Below are positions 24,839 through 34,551 of a DNA stretch of 64,000 nt, piece after piece (within the stretch, counting starts at the first letter, position 1; each line of letters starts with the position of its first letter). This stretch comes from Spirochaetia bacterium (GTDB lineage: Bacteria > Spirochaetota > Spirochaetia > SZUA-6 > Fen-1364): positions 7,538-71,537 of the forward strand of contig JBEKQU010000011.1 of NCBI GenBank assembly GCA_049519415.1, read 5' to 3'. The translations under genes and the position numbers were made by a program. Below the pieces are notes generated by a model that worked only from the letters and a program-made list of their open reading frames with translations, ran no database searches and was not told the origin of the DNA.

Positions 24839-25581
24839 GAAAGCTCCGGCAGCCCGCGCTCCCCGTTGTGGAGCGCAGCCACGTATACCTGCTCCAGGGA
24901 CCTGCCCGAGCCTCTGACCGCGTCCATCGAGGTGTCCAGCACCGCCATGCCCCTGTCCATGATTACGCACCTGTTCACGACTGTCTCCACGGAATCCAGG
25001 ACGTGGGAGCTTAGTATGATGGTGACCCCCCGCGCGGCGAGCCGTTTCAACAATGCCTTGATCCGGGACACGATGACAGCGTCGATACCGTTCAGGGCCT
25101 CGTCCAGCAGCAGCACCCGGGGGGAATGGATCAGGCAGAGGGCGAAGGCGAGCTTCTTCCGGGTGCCCTGCGACGCCTCCGCCGCGATGGTGCCGGAGAA
25201 ATCGTTCAACTGAAAGAAGTCCAGCAGCTCCCCGGATCGCCGTTCCGTCTCCGCCTGGTCCAGCCCAGCCAGGCGCGCCGTCAGGCGCAGATGCTCGAGC
25301 ACGGAGAGGTATTCAAAAAGCGAGAGGTCCTCCAGCACCACGCCGATGGACCTGCGCCATTCCGGCATCGCGTCGAAGATCGACCTGCCCTCCCAGAGGA
25401 TATCGCCGGCGCTGGGAGAGAGGAGCCCGGTGAGCATCGCGATCGTCGTGGACTTGCCCGCGCCGTTCGGCCCGAGAAGGCCAACGATCTCTTCGCGCGC
25501 GATGGAGAGGGACACGCCGCGCACCGCCTCCCGCCTGCCGTAGCTTTTCGCAAGCCCCCGCAATTCGATGAGTGTCTCCAC
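24826..25581 (-). CDS. ABC transporter ATP-binding protein
   Basis: Walker A GPNGAGKST, signature-like SQGTRKKL and Walker B LLLDEALNGID are present. The start is uncertain (GTG 25581 preferred; the ORF track extends to 25701). Confidence 0.8.
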   Translation of the reverse strand: METLIELRGLAKSYGRREAVRGVSLSIAREEIVGLLGPNGAGKSTTIAMLTGLLSPSAGDILWEGRSIFDAMPEWRRSIGVVLEDLSLFEYLSVLEHLRLTARLAGLDQAETERRSGELLDFFQLNDFSGTIAAEASQGTRKKLAFALCLIHSPRVLLLDEALNGIDAVIVSRIKALLKRLAARGVTIILSSHVLDSVETVVNRCVIMDRGMAVLDTSMDAVRGSGRSLEQVYVAALHNGERGLPELSWVG

Positions 25582-25663
25582 GGGCCCATGGTGCCGGTTT
25601 GCGGGCTGCCGGTCAACGCGGCGTTTCTTGTAGCACCTCTCGGAACCATCCTCCCTGAACAGG

Positions 25664-25855
25664 TTGGGGATTCTGTATGCGCGATTCGGTTTGACGGACA
25701 AGGCGCAGGTGCAATTTCAAGAGGCTGCCCAAGGTGGGGATTATGCTCCTGCCCTGGTGAACCTTGGAAACCTTTTGTTCCTGAAGAAAGACTGGCAGAA
25801 TGCCTTCGACTACTACGATCAGGCGCGAAAGATTGATCCCGCGCTTCAAGGATGA
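25664..25855 (+). pseudogene. Short TPR-repeat ORF, probable remnant of a larger TPR gene
   Basis: 63 codons read as about 1.5 TPR units (DYAPALVNLGNLLFLKKDWQNAFDYYDQARKIDP). TTG start, with an in-frame stop just upstream and no RBS. Confidence 0.3.
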
Positions 25856-25908
25856 AGTGCAACAAGCAACGGTGCTTTTAACACGTCGCCATGAAGGATA
25901 AACAAAGG

Positions 25909-25935
25909 GGCTGTCAGTTTATATCCGAGACAGCC
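25909..25935. terminator. Hairpin between convergent genes
   Basis: GGCTGTC-13 nt-GACAGCC, followed by AATTTGTT on the plus strand. Confidence 0.3.
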
Positions 25936-26004
25936 AATTTGTTATCCTTCCGCCAATGACAAATCCTCCAACTCACTGTTGAATGCGTTTGTAATCAGGA
26001 AATT

Positions 26005-26187
26005 CTATTCCACGAGGTCCAACTGTTTTCGGATAAGCCTACAAAGGGAGTCCTTGATCTCCGGATGCCTTGGAATTGGGGCAGACTTTCTTGTCAGAGG
26101 ATTGGTGTATAGATCGTGTCGATTACCCCTCCGTTTAAGGTAGCAGCCAGCGCGCACAAGCTCTTGTACGCATTGTTTCCTGTTCAC
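26005..26187 (-). CDS. hicA: HicA-family toxin
   Basis: NRKQCVQELVRAGCYLKRRGNRHDLYTNP...IPRHPEIK is the HicA/YcfA pattern. GTG 26187 overlaps the hicB stop as GTGA. Confidence 0.75.
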   Translation of the reverse strand: MNRKQCVQELVRAGCYLKRRGNRHDLYTNPLTRKSAPIPRHPEIKDSLCRLIRKQLDLVE

Positions 26188-26396
26188 ATCGTGACAATGA
26201 CTTCTTTGCACTGAGTTTTTTCTGAGGGTGAATAGCTTGCAGTATCTTCTGAGATGACTATTCGATATGCATCCGCGATGTTCTTTTCCAGTTCATCCAA
26301 CGTGGCACCCTGGCTGAAGACTCCCGGCACCTCTTTGATCCTGCCGACGTACCAGTCGTCATCTATCCAGTACTCGAGAGTGAACTTGCGCTCCAT
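26184..26396 (-). CDS. hicB: HicB-family antitoxin (UPF0150-like)
   Basis: FTLEYWIDDDWYVGRIKEVPGVFSQGATLDELEKNIADAY is typical of the HicB N-terminal domain. Confidence 0.75.
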   Translation of the reverse strand: MERKFTLEYWIDDDWYVGRIKEVPGVFSQGATLDELEKNIADAYRIVISEDTASYSPSEKTQCKEVIVTM

Positions 26397-26457
26397 AGTA
26401 TGCCATCCTTGGTCAAAATATATCAAGTTATGGAGCACTCATCTACCACCCCGCTCC

Positions 26458-26486
26458 TTGACACCCCTGAGCGCCGCCCGTAGAAT
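26458..26486 (+). promoter_or_regulatory. Sigma70-like promoter of proS
   Basis: TTGACA-17 nt-TAGAAT ends 21 nt before ATG 26508. Confidence 0.55.
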
Positions 26487-26507
26487 GCGCACCACACAGA
26501 GACGGTC

Positions 26508-27944
26508 ATGGCAGAAAAGATCACACCCAGGGCAACGGACTATTCCCAGTGGTACATCGACATCGTCATCAACGCGAAACTGGCCGATTATGCGCCGGTG
26601 AAGGGCTGCATGGTCATCCGTCCCCGGGGCTACGCGCTCTGGGAGCGCATCCAGCAGGGGCTGGACGGGCTGTTCAAGGAGACCGGACACGTCAATGCGT
26701 ATTTCCCGCTCCTGATTCCCGAGAGCTTTATAAAGAAGGAAGCGGAGCACGTGGAGGGGTTCTCCCCCGAGCTGGCGGTGGTGACGCACGCGGGAGGGGA
26801 GAAGCTGGAAGAGCCCCTGGTGATCCGGCCCACGTCGGAGACAATCATCTGGAGCATGTACAGGAAGTGGATCCAGTCCTACCGGGATCTGCCGCTTCTC
26901 ATCAATCAATGGTGCAACGTGCTTCGCTGGGAGAAGCGCACGCGCCTATTCCTGCGCACCACGGAGTTTCTCTGGCAGGAGGGACATACGGCTCACTCCA
27001 CGGCCGCGGAGGCGGAAGAGGAGACAATGCGGATGCTCGGCGTCTACCGGAAGTTCGCTGAAGAGTACATGGCGGTTCCGGTGCTCGCCGGCTTGAAGAC
27101 GGAGTCGGAGAAATTCGCGGGCGCCGTGCGCACCTACTCCATCGAGGCCATGATGCAGGACAGGAAGGCGCTGCAGGCCGGCACGTCGCACTTCCTTGGC
27201 CAGAATTTTGCCAAGGCCTTCGACGTCACCTTCCAGACCAAGGACAAGACCCTTGACCACGTGTGGGCCACCTCCTGGGGGGCCTCCACCCGGCTCATTG
27301 GCGCGCTGATCATGGCCCACTCCGACGACAAGGGACTGGTGCTCCCGCCACGGCTGGCGCCCACACAGGCGGTCATTGTGCCCATCTTCAAGAATGAAAC
27401 CAAGGACGCGGTTCTCGGTTTTACCAGGAAGCTCCGCGATACGCTTGCTCCGAGGCTGCGGATCCTCCTGGACGATGACGACCAAAACACGCCGGGGTGG
27501 AAGTTCTCCGAGTACGAGCTGCAGGGCATTCCCCTGCGGATCGAGGTAGGACCGCGCGACATGGAGAAGGGCCAGGTTGTCGCGGTTCGACGGGACACGG
27601 GGGAAAAGGCCTTTGTTCCCGTGGCCCAGGCGGCAGACACGCTTTGCTCCCTTTTGGATGGCATCCAGGCTTCGCTCTTTCAGCGCGCCCTGAAGTTCCG
27701 AAAGGACAATACCTTCCAGGCCCGGGACTACGCCGAGTTCGTGAAGCTGCTGGACGAGCCGGGCGGGTTCATAGAGGCGGGCTGGTGCGGAAATCCCGCG
27801 TGCGAGGCGAAAGTGAAGGAGGAGACAAAGGCGACGATCCGCCTGCTCCCTCTCGAACAGGACAAAAAGGAAACGGAAGGCGCTCCGTGCATGGTCTGCG
27901 GAAAGACGGCCCAGGCAATCGCGGTTTTCGGCCGGGCGTACTGA
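26508..27944 (+). CDS. proS: Proline--tRNA ligase, archaeal/eukaryotic type
   Basis: 478 aa of class II aaRS. The N-terminus is [12 protein letters not shown]. The C-terminal Zn-binding ProRS-C1 domain (GWCGNPACE...CMVCG) is present and there is no bacterial INS editing domain. Confidence 0.9.
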   Translation: MAEKITPRATDYSQWYIDIVINAKLADYAPVKGCMVIRPRGYALWERIQQGLDGLFKETGHVNAYFPLLIPESFIKKEAEHVEGFSPELAVVTHAGGEKLEEPLVIRPTSETIIWSMYRKWIQSYRDLPLLINQWCNVLRWEKRTRLFLRTTEFLWQEGHTAHSTAAEAEEETMRMLGVYRKFAEEYMAVPVLAGLKTESEKFAGAVRTYSIEAMMQDRKALQAGTSHFLGQNFAKAFDVTFQTKDKTLDHVWATSWGASTRLIGALIMAHSDDKGLVLPPRLAPTQAVIVPIFKNETKDAVLGFTRKLRDTLAPRLRILLDDDDQNTPGWKFSEYELQGIPLRIEVGPRDMEKGQVVAVRRDTGEKAFVPVAQAADTLCSLLDGIQASLFQRALKFRKDNTFQARDYAEFVKLLDEPGGFIEAGWCGNPACEAKVKEETKATIRLLPLEQDKKETEGAPCMVCGKTAQAIAVFGRAY

Positions 27945-29011
27945 CCGGCGCCCTTCTGGCAGGGCTTCTTGTCGCTCTGGCAGCCTGCTCCCAAACGTCC
28001 GGCGGGACGGCCGCTGGCGCGGTGGGCCTGAAAATCACATGGTTTCAGCTTCAGTCCGGGATCTTTGCTCCTGTCGCGGATCCCCATGCGGCTGTCTCCG
28101 TGGCGAATCGTCCCTGGACCGTGCAGGCCCGTGTAGCCGACATGGCATTTCTGGACGACACGCTGTATTGCGCGGTGAATGGATCGGGCCTGGCCTCCAT
28201 GGGGAAGGACGCGGCGGGCGCGCCTGTCTTCAGTTATCATCCTGATTCCCTTATCTTTGCGCACCGCACCGTCACAACCCTCGTTCCCCGGCAGGGAGCG
28301 CTCGCCATCCATCTCTATTACAACGCCCTCCTCAATGATGCGTCGCTGCAGGATCTGGCCATCAGCGGAATTTCCCTGGTGTCATACCTCCCGGCCCAGT
28401 CGGATTACGCGTTCCTCATTTCCCCTTTCCAGAGGAAGAACCCTGACTGGGAAGCCGTGGGTTTCGCGCCGGAGTCGGAGAACAGCTTCGATTTCGAGTG
28501 GAAGTACACGGACGCCTCGGAGACGCGCTTCGCGTATACCCGCTACCACGCGGACACGCGCGCGGAGGAGGCGGTGGATAGGGAGACGTATCTCGCCGCC
28601 CTGGGCGTTCCTTCGATTACCGGGCCCGATGTGCCCACCACCCTAGCCGCGTTCTTTGCCTCTTGCCGGGCAGGCATATCGCTGCCTTCCTCCGACACCG
28701 CGCTGCAGTTCAGCTTGAGGTCCCGGGAAAGCCCCGTGCGCAGGAACTACCGTTCGCAGAAGGAAAGCGATTCAGCGGTCGCGGTCCCTGTTTTCCAGGA
28801 GCAGGGGTCGCTATTCGCGCTGCTGCCGGCCGGCAAGGTCTTGAGCGCGGTGTCGGGAGGGTCGCGGACCATCGCTCTGCCCCGGCTGCCGCAGGGCTTC
28901 CGCTACACCGACCTGGTGAAATGGGGCGATGCTCTGGTGCTCCCGTGGGAGGAAACGTCCTTCACGGACGTCGGCCGGGCGGGAATCCTCGTGTTCCCGC
29001 TGCCGCGCTGA
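27887..29011 (+). CDS. Lipoprotein, unknown function
   Basis: The lipobox is [12 protein letters not shown] 27887 (RBS GGAAACGGAAGG) lies inside the proS 3' end. Alternatively, CTG 27941 overlaps the proS stop. Confidence 0.65.
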   Translation: MHGLRKDGPGNRGFRPGVLTGALLAGLLVALAACSQTSGGTAAGAVGLKITWFQLQSGIFAPVADPHAAVSVANRPWTVQARVADMAFLDDTLYCAVNGSGLASMGKDAAGAPVFSYHPDSLIFAHRTVTTLVPRQGALAIHLYYNALLNDASLQDLAISGISLVSYLPAQSDYAFLISPFQRKNPDWEAVGFAPESENSFDFEWKYTDASETRFAYTRYHADTRAEEAVDRETYLAALGVPSITGPDVPTTLAAFFASCRAGISLPSSDTALQFSLRSRESPVRRNYRSQKESDSAVAVPVFQEQGSLFALLPAGKVLSAVSGGSRTIALPRLPQGFRYTDLVKWGDALVLPWEETSFTDVGRAGILVFPLPR

Positions 29012-29020
29012 CGCACGCCT

Positions 29021-29770
29021 CTAATTCCCGATAGCGTCGCCGTCGCGCGGCACGCCGCCCGGTTGGGCGGATGCGCCCAGGAACAGCGACAGGTCGAAGA
29101 GCAGGGGCTCTTCGACGATGAACCCCTCGGCATAAGCGACGCCCAGCATGTTCCCGTACCCTTCCCTGAACCGGCGCAGGCTTTCGAGGACCTTTCCATC
29201 GCGCAGGTTGAGCTGCGACGTGTGGCAGCGCGCGATGGATTCCCATTCGGCCATGTACGCCGTCACGTCGTTCAGCAGGCTCGGCGTGCGCGAGCGCGGC
29301 ACCATATAGTAGAGGATGTGCTCCGCGTTCCACGGCTCCCCCTTCGCGTCCTTGAGGCCCGCAAAGCGCGCGTAGCGGGTCGCCGAGCGCACGATTGTGC
29401 CAACAGCGGTGTGATCGGGGTGCGCCGCGCCGTCCTTGTGGAAACTCGGGTTGGTGTGATAGGGGGCGAAGATGATCCGGGGCCTGTGCTTGCGGATGAC
29501 CTGGGCAAGCTGGACCCGGGCTTCGTAGGAATCGAATACCTGGCAGTCTCGGAAGGAGAGAATGTCCAAGGCGCTGCCCAGCTTTGCCGCCGCCGCCTTC
29601 ATCTCCGCCTCGCGCTCCTGCGGGGTGCCGAAGGTTCCCGCCTCTCCGCGGGTAAGCACGCAGACCGCAACCGTTGCGCCGGAGCGCACGAACTTGACCA
29701 TGCTCGCCCCCATGCCGAACTCGGCATCGTCAGGGTGGGCTCCGAATACGAGGATGTCCGCCATCAGCAC
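29021..29770 (-). CDS. PIG-L/LmbE family deacetylase
   Basis: The N-terminal motif ILVFGAHPDDAEFGMG and later HPDH are present. Confidence 0.85.
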   Translation of the reverse strand: MLMADILVFGAHPDDAEFGMGASMVKFVRSGATVAVCVLTRGEAGTFGTPQEREAEMKAAAAKLGSALDILSFRDCQVFDSYEARVQLAQVIRKHRPRIIFAPYHTNPSFHKDGAAHPDHTAVGTIVRSATRYARFAGLKDAKGEPWNAEHILYYMVPRSRTPSLLNDVTAYMAEWESIARCHTSQLNLRDGKVLESLRRFREGYGNMLGVAYAEGFIVEEPLLFDLSLFLGASAQPGGVPRDGDAIGN

Positions 29771-29795
29771 AAGATACGGGCGAGTTCCCTCGAGG

Positions 29796-32700
29796 TCAAG
29801 GAAGGGAGGAGCGTGCCGTCCTCTCCATCAACCCTTGCACGCCGCGGCGGAACATGCGCGGCCTTTCCGGCCACCACTCGAAGCTGAGCCCCTCGACGTA
29901 GGATTCAAAACCGAAACAGTCGATGGCGATAGCCATCACCCGGCCCTTGCCGAAGATCCATTCGGCGATCAGGGGCTCGCCTTTTTCGGTTTCGGCCAGG
30001 AGTCGGGCGCCGGGGCGCAGCTCGGCCGCATTGTGGTCGAAGGGCGGAATGGTATCCCACGCGATGTCGGTGAGGGCCGTTTTCCCTTCCTCCGTCACGC
30101 GCACCCGGCGCGCGTGGGTTATTCCTTTCCTCATCCGCAGGGGCAGCATGTCGGGAAATCTGCCGATCGCAATCGAGCCGAAGGTGTCCTGGAAGCCGCG
30201 GCCCCAGGGAGCCGACCAGGAGCAGAAGAAAAGGAGCCTGCCGCCTTCATGAACGAAACGTTCCAAGGCCCTGATCTGATCGGGAGCGAACACCGCGTCG
30301 TGCTGGTCGCTGGTGAGCACGAGGTCCGTCGCAGCCAGGAGCTCGCTGAATACGTGCGGCTTGCGCAGGGCATAGTTGGCGGGCAGGTTGACCACCTCGA
30401 GTCCGTCCCCGTTGGGGAGGGGACAGCGAAGGAAGCCGGAGTAAAGAACCAGGGGGATTTCCCTGGGGACCACGCGCACGTTGTGGCTGAGCTGCCACTC
30501 GTCCTTGGGCGCCGCGCAGGTCACTAAGACCCGGATCTTCGCATCACCCGAGCCCGTGGGTACAGCGGTGAGCCGTAGCGAGCCATTCTGCCCAGGCTCC
30601 AGGTCCGCGAGCACAGCCTGGTTTTCCGTTTCCTTCCAATCCGCGGGCCAATCGATACGCGCGCTCACCGTCTGCGCCAGGGCTGAGAGGTTTGTCACCG
30701 GCACCTGTACCGCATAGGGCAGGCCGGGTCGGGCAACCTGCCGGGCGTCGATGGAAGGTGCAAGGGAGCGGAAGACCGGCAGGTAGGCTGTCCTGGCCAT
30801 AAGAAGCGTCGGATCCCCGAGGAGCCGGACCCGAAGCGTCGCGTAACCCTCCGCGATCGCGGCAGGCACGGAAAGCGCGAATGCAACGTCCTTTTTCTCA
30901 TTCGGCGCAAGAACAAGAGGACGCACGGGACCGGGAACCCGGGCCCAATCCGGGGGAAGAATGAGCTGAAGCTCCGCGCGCACCTGCTCGAAGCCATTGT
31001 TTCTGACTTGAACCTCCACCTGGCATGTGCTGCCGGGAATGCAGCGGCTAAGAAACACCGGCTGCTGGGTGGGCCGGGATCCGACCGCGGCGCTTCCGCT
31101 CGCAATCTCGAACATCATGGTGGACGGTTCCCAGCGCAGTTCAGAAGCGCATTCAGCGCCGGGCTCGGCCTTGGCCTCAGCGAAGACGTGGAAATCAGTG
31201 GGCGTCTGGTGTGCCTGCACGGCCTGGAGATCCCGCTCCTTGCCGTTTATACGCAGCTCCCGCAGCCTCACCATAAGAGGCAGCGCGAAACCAAAGGTGA
31301 CGGTGAGGCCGGCATCGGTTGCGTTGCGAACGCACAGCCGCCGCCATCCCTCGCCTTGCTCGCATTCCAGGTCGAACCACCCCTCTCCCAGGCGAAGCCT
31401 TCTGAGGGAGAGCCGCGGCCAGTGCGGCGGCAGGTGGGGATCCAGCGTCAGCGCGTGAGAAGCCGCATCGGGACGCAGCCCCAACAAGCCTTCCATGAAC
31501 GGGTAGAGAAAGCCGTGGCTGCCGGTCCATGCCTGGTGGAAGCAGCCCCTCGCACGCAGCGTCGTGGGCTCATCCACCGCCCACACCTCTGGCCAAAGCC
31601 CGGGCGTGGTCCAGTGAAAGGGGGACCCCGCAATCGCCTCCAGGGCCTGATAGGCCGGATCAGGCTGGTGAGCCTTATAGAGAAGGCCCGCACGCCGGCC
31701 TCGCTCGATCACGTACCAGGACATGTACGATCGGTGCGTGCCGAAGGTCTTCTCGAACTCCTTCCGCGCCTGGAAGGATTCGATGTCGGAGAGGTACGCC
31801 TCCTCTTCCAGGAGCAGACGCGCCGTGGCCGCGGCCTTGCCCTCGTCCACCATGGTCGGATCCAGGTTGGGGTATCCCTTGGCCGACGTGTCCAGGCATC
31901 CGTCCGGACGCAGCGTCTCCTCGAAATACCGCGCTTTCTCGTTCCAATAGAAGCGATTTACCAGGGGAAGGAGCCGGTCGATGGCCGCTTGCCAGCGTGT
32001 CGCGCTTTCCGCGTCCCCAACCAGCCCGGCAAGGCGCACGCCCTCGTGGAGCGCGTCCAGCCATTGGGTCTGCACGTGGTAATGGGACCGCTCGACGTTG
32101 CGGTCCTCTGAGGCGGAATCGGCCATCTCCCCTTCGGGTCCGTTTTCCAGCAGCCCGTCGCCATTGGTGTCCATGAGAAAGCCCCAGTCGATGACCGCCC
32201 GGGCGTGGGGATACATCTCTTGGAGGAAGCGCGCGTCGCCGGTCCAGTCGTGGAACTCGCGGAGCAGCCCGGGGAACAGGAAACCGGCGAAGTTGGGCGA
32301 GATCCGGTCCCCCGTGGTGCTCATCTCGTGCCAGATCTCGCCGGGCAGCGTGTCGCGGCCCTGCGTGGTGGCCTGGTAGCGGACGATGGTGCGCATCATC
32401 GCGCGGGCATCCTCAAAATCGCCAAAGGCGAGGGAGCCGCGCAGGATGAGCATTGAATCGCTTGCGAAATAGAAGTTGTATGCGGGAAATCCCGCGAAGA
32501 AGAGGAGGCCCAGCCGGGGGTCATCGTGCTTGAAATCCTCTGTCCCGAGCTTGGCCCACAGGAACGCCTTGTTGAAAACGTAGCTGGGGGAATCGAGCAC
32601 GGCGGTGTCCTGGAACAGACGCAGGTAATGTGCGCGCTTTTCCTCCTTCAGCTCGGCGAGACGGGAGCCGACGCTGCGCTCAATTTCCCGCGCTTCGCTC

Positions 32701-33467
32701 TCCGATCGGGGGCTCCCGCAGACAATGAAAGCAACGCGCTCTTCGCCGTCCGAGGGAAGGCTGAGCGTATACTGCATGCAGGAGCAGCCCCTGCTAGGCG
32801 TCTCAGGGCCTCCCGCGCGCCCTGCCAGGCTGCCTTCACCGATCATGTGAGGAGCAAAGTCACCCACCCGGAATGCTTCCGCCGCCCGCGTGCCTGCGCA
32901 AAGGGCTGTCCACTCGGGGTATGTTTCATCGTGGGCGACAATACCGGGCAGCGACGGATCAAACCGGGCAGTGTTCCTGCCTCCCTGCCGCAGGGGCCAG
33001 CCGATGCTGAGATGAGACTGGAATTCCGCGAAAAGGCGCAGCGTCCGCGGCAGATCGGATTCGTTGTGCAGCACAAGCTCGACAACGATGGCCGGGCTCT
33101 GGAGGGGCACCCATACCGTCTTGGTGATGCTCAGGTAGGGATGCGAGCCGAACTGGTAATAGATTTCGCTGCAACCCACCTGCCGCGTGTAGCGTTTTGC
33201 ATTGCGTTCCACGTGCGCGAGGCCGTTCGCGTCGTCCCAGATATGGAAGTGCACGTAGTCAGCCAAACGGAGCGGCTCTGCCCAGATGCCTTCCGTGCCG
33301 CCCCCGGGGGGATTGACGATCTCCTTTGACACCGCCCGCAGGCCGCCGAAACTGCCGTCGAGCCTCCAGATGACGTGGGCCTGACGTCCCGCTTCCGCAA
33401 ATAGGTTGTCAAGGTCGCGCGAATAGGAAAAGTATTCAGTGAGCAGCGGCGTTTTTACGTCCCGCAT
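29796..33467 (-). CDS. Large multidomain glycoside-hydrolase-like protein ((alpha/alpha)6 six-hairpin core, Ig-like middle, GATase1-like C-terminal domain)
   Basis: ATG 33467 with an AGGAGGAG RBS. The core resembles amylo-alpha-1,6-glucosidase/GDE_C-type hydrolases (GEIWHE..., DTNGDGLLENGPEG...). The middle resembles CARDB/NEW3 repeats. The C-terminus (LVLTSDQHD...FVHEGGRLLFF) resembles class-I glutamine-amidotransferase-like folds. All assignments are by eye. Confidence 0.7.
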   Translation of the reverse strand: MRDVKTPLLTEYFSYSRDLDNLFAEAGRQAHVIWRLDGSFGGLRAVSKEIVNPPGGGTEGIWAEPLRLADYVHFHIWDDANGLAHVERNAKRYTRQVGCSEIYYQFGSHPYLSITKTVWVPLQSPAIVVELVLHNESDLPRTLRLFAEFQSHLSIGWPLRQGGRNTARFDPSLPGIVAHDETYPEWTALCAGTRAAEAFRVGDFAPHMIGEGSLAGRAGGPETPSRGCSCMQYTLSLPSDGEERVAFIVCGSPRSESEAREIERSVGSRLAELKEEKRAHYLRLFQDTAVLDSPSYVFNKAFLWAKLGTEDFKHDDPRLGLLFFAGFPAYNFYFASDSMLILRGSLAFGDFEDARAMMRTIVRYQATTQGRDTLPGEIWHEMSTTGDRISPNFAGFLFPGLLREFHDWTGDARFLQEMYPHARAVIDWGFLMDTNGDGLLENGPEGEMADSASEDRNVERSHYHVQTQWLDALHEGVRLAGLVGDAESATRWQAAIDRLLPLVNRFYWNEKARYFEETLRPDGCLDTSAKGYPNLDPTMVDEGKAAATARLLLEEEAYLSDIESFQARKEFEKTFGTHRSYMSWYVIERGRRAGLLYKAHQPDPAYQALEAIAGSPFHWTTPGLWPEVWAVDEPTTLRARGCFHQAWTGSHGFLYPFMEGLLGLRPDAASHALTLDPHLPPHWPRLSLRRLRLGEGWFDLECEQGEGWRRLCVRNATDAGLTVTFGFALPLMVRLRELRINGKERDLQAVQAHQTPTDFHVFAEAKAEPGAECASELRWEPSTMMFEIASGSAAVGSRPTQQPVFLSRCIPGSTCQVEVQVRNNGFEQVRAELQLILPPDWARVPGPVRPLVLAPNEKKDVAFALSVPAAIAEGYATLRVRLLGDPTLLMARTAYLPVFRSLAPSIDARQVARPGLPYAVQVPVTNLSALAQTVSARIDWPADWKETENQAVLADLEPGQNGSLRLTAVPTGSGDAKIRVLVTCAAPKDEWQLSHNVRVVPREIPLVLYSGFLRCPLPNGDGLEVVNLPANYALRKPHVFSELLAATDLVLTSDQHDAVFAPDQIRALERFVHEGGRLLFFCSWSAPWGRGFQDTFGSIAIGRFPDMLPLRMRKGITHARRVRVTEEGKTALTDIAWDTIPPFDHNAAELRPGARLLAETEKGEPLIAEWIFGKGRVMAIAIDCFGFESYVEGLSFEWWPERPRMFRRGVQGLMERTARSSLP

Positions 33468-33548
33468 CCGTTGTCTCCTCCTGCCGGCCTTCTTCGATGG
33501 AACAAATGCCCAGTGGAGAATAAGCGGAAAATGTATTGGACGCAACGG

Positions 33549-33577
33549 TTGACTTACAATGAATCTACACGTAATAT
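33549..33577 (+). promoter_or_regulatory. Sigma70-like promoter of vapBC, positioned for a leaderless transcript
   Basis: TTGACT-17 nt-TAATAT; ATG 33586 begins 9 nt after the -10 element. Confidence 0.5.
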
Positions 33578-33585
33578 GTGTTGGG

Positions 33586-33816
33586 ATGACAATGAAGAAC
33601 ATCACTCTCGCTCTCGATGAAAAGACCATAAAGGCTGGAAGAGAATACGCTCGCAAGCATAATCTCAGCCTCAACTCTCTTGTAAGAAAACTGCTGCAGC
33701 AAACCGTGTTACAGGGTTCTCAAAATTGGATTGACGAGTGTTTCTCCCTGATGGATAAAGTAAAAGTGTCCTCTCGCGCACAAAAATGGACACGTGAGGA
33801 TCTGCATCGTGCCTAA
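33586..33816 (+). CDS. vapB: VapB-like antitoxin
   Basis: Small protein (MKNITLALDEKTIKAGREYARKHNLSLNSLVRKLL) directly upstream of, and overlapping, a PIN gene. Confidence 0.7.
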   Translation: MTMKNITLALDEKTIKAGREYARKHNLSLNSLVRKLLQQTVLQGSQNWIDECFSLMDKVKVSSRAQKWTREDLHRA

Positions 33817-34219
33817 GGTGTTCATTGACACAAACATACTCGTCTACCAAATGGACAAACGAGATCCAAGAAAGCGCAACGTGTGTCGCGACGTGGTGAA
33901 AAAAGCTGCCTCGAGCAGGGATGCCGTCATTTCGACGCAGGTCTTGCAAGAATTCTATGTAGCAACCACGACAAGACTTCATATAGACCCGATTCTCATT
34001 AAAAGCATTATGCACAGCCTGGAGAATATGGAAGTTGTAACGGTCGGAAATGAACTGATTGATGATGCAATTGATGCAAGCCTTCAATATCACTTATCAT
34101 TTTGGGACTCATTGATAATTGTTGCTGCAGAAAGCGCAAAGTGCGAGACGCTGTACACGGAAGACCTCAATGATGGGCAGATAATCCGGAATGTGCGAAT
34201 AGCCAATCCAATGAAGTAG
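33794..34219 (+). CDS. vapC: PIN-domain toxin (VapC)
   Basis: VFIDTNILVY (first acidic residue) is present, with later D and E positions. It overlaps vapB. The start is GTG 33794 or 33809. Confidence 0.8.
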   Translation: MRICIVPKVFIDTNILVYQMDKRDPRKRNVCRDVVKKAASSRDAVISTQVLQEFYVATTTRLHIDPILIKSIMHSLENMEVVTVGNELIDDAIDASLQYHLSFWDSLIIVAAESAKCETLYTEDLNDGQIIRNVRIANPMK

Positions 34220-34464
34220 AAGGCATCATCCCGCAGCGGCTATCGCATGAGCTACAACCGCAGGGGATGGCCGTGTCGGCGACGCAGTTCAGCGATACGT
34301 CATGCAACGATGCTTGCTTTTAACTCGATATCACCAATCCATGCATGTGTTCCCTCGCCTCGTGCAGGCAGGAATGGGGAGGAATTGAAACGCTTTGGAT
34401 AGGCAAAGAACAGACGTGCGCAGCGCTTTCATACAGGAGAATTCCTGCTTGGGAGCGAAAAAAC

Positions 34465-34492
34465 TTGACAACTGCTTATCCTCTGTTAGTAT
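34465..34492 (+). promoter_or_regulatory. Sigma70-like promoter of the ABC transporter operon
   Basis: TTGACA-16 nt-TAGTAT lies 60 nt upstream of ATG 34552. Confidence 0.55.
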
Positions 34493-34551
34493 GCGAGTTA
34501 GGGCTCCGACATGGTGAACGGAGCCAAAACGTCTTCCTGAAGGAGGTACGC

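Noticed and set aside
22101-25213. Long alternative-frame ORFs (22101-23111 minus, 24048-24917 plus, 24341-25213 plus).
   Set aside because: They lie opposite or out of frame with ABC ATPase and permease genes that carry Walker motifs or TM segments. They have no independent coding signal.
27497-27886. N-terminal 130 codons of the 504-aa ORF overlapping proS.
   Set aside because: This part lies inside proS in another frame and is Arg/Gly-rich. The lipobox-containing signal peptide begins near 27887-27941.
33468-33674. 69-codon N-terminal extension of the large hydrolase ORF.
   Set aside because: The extension runs across the vapB promoter and start on the other strand. Met at 33467 has a strong AGGAGGAG RBS.
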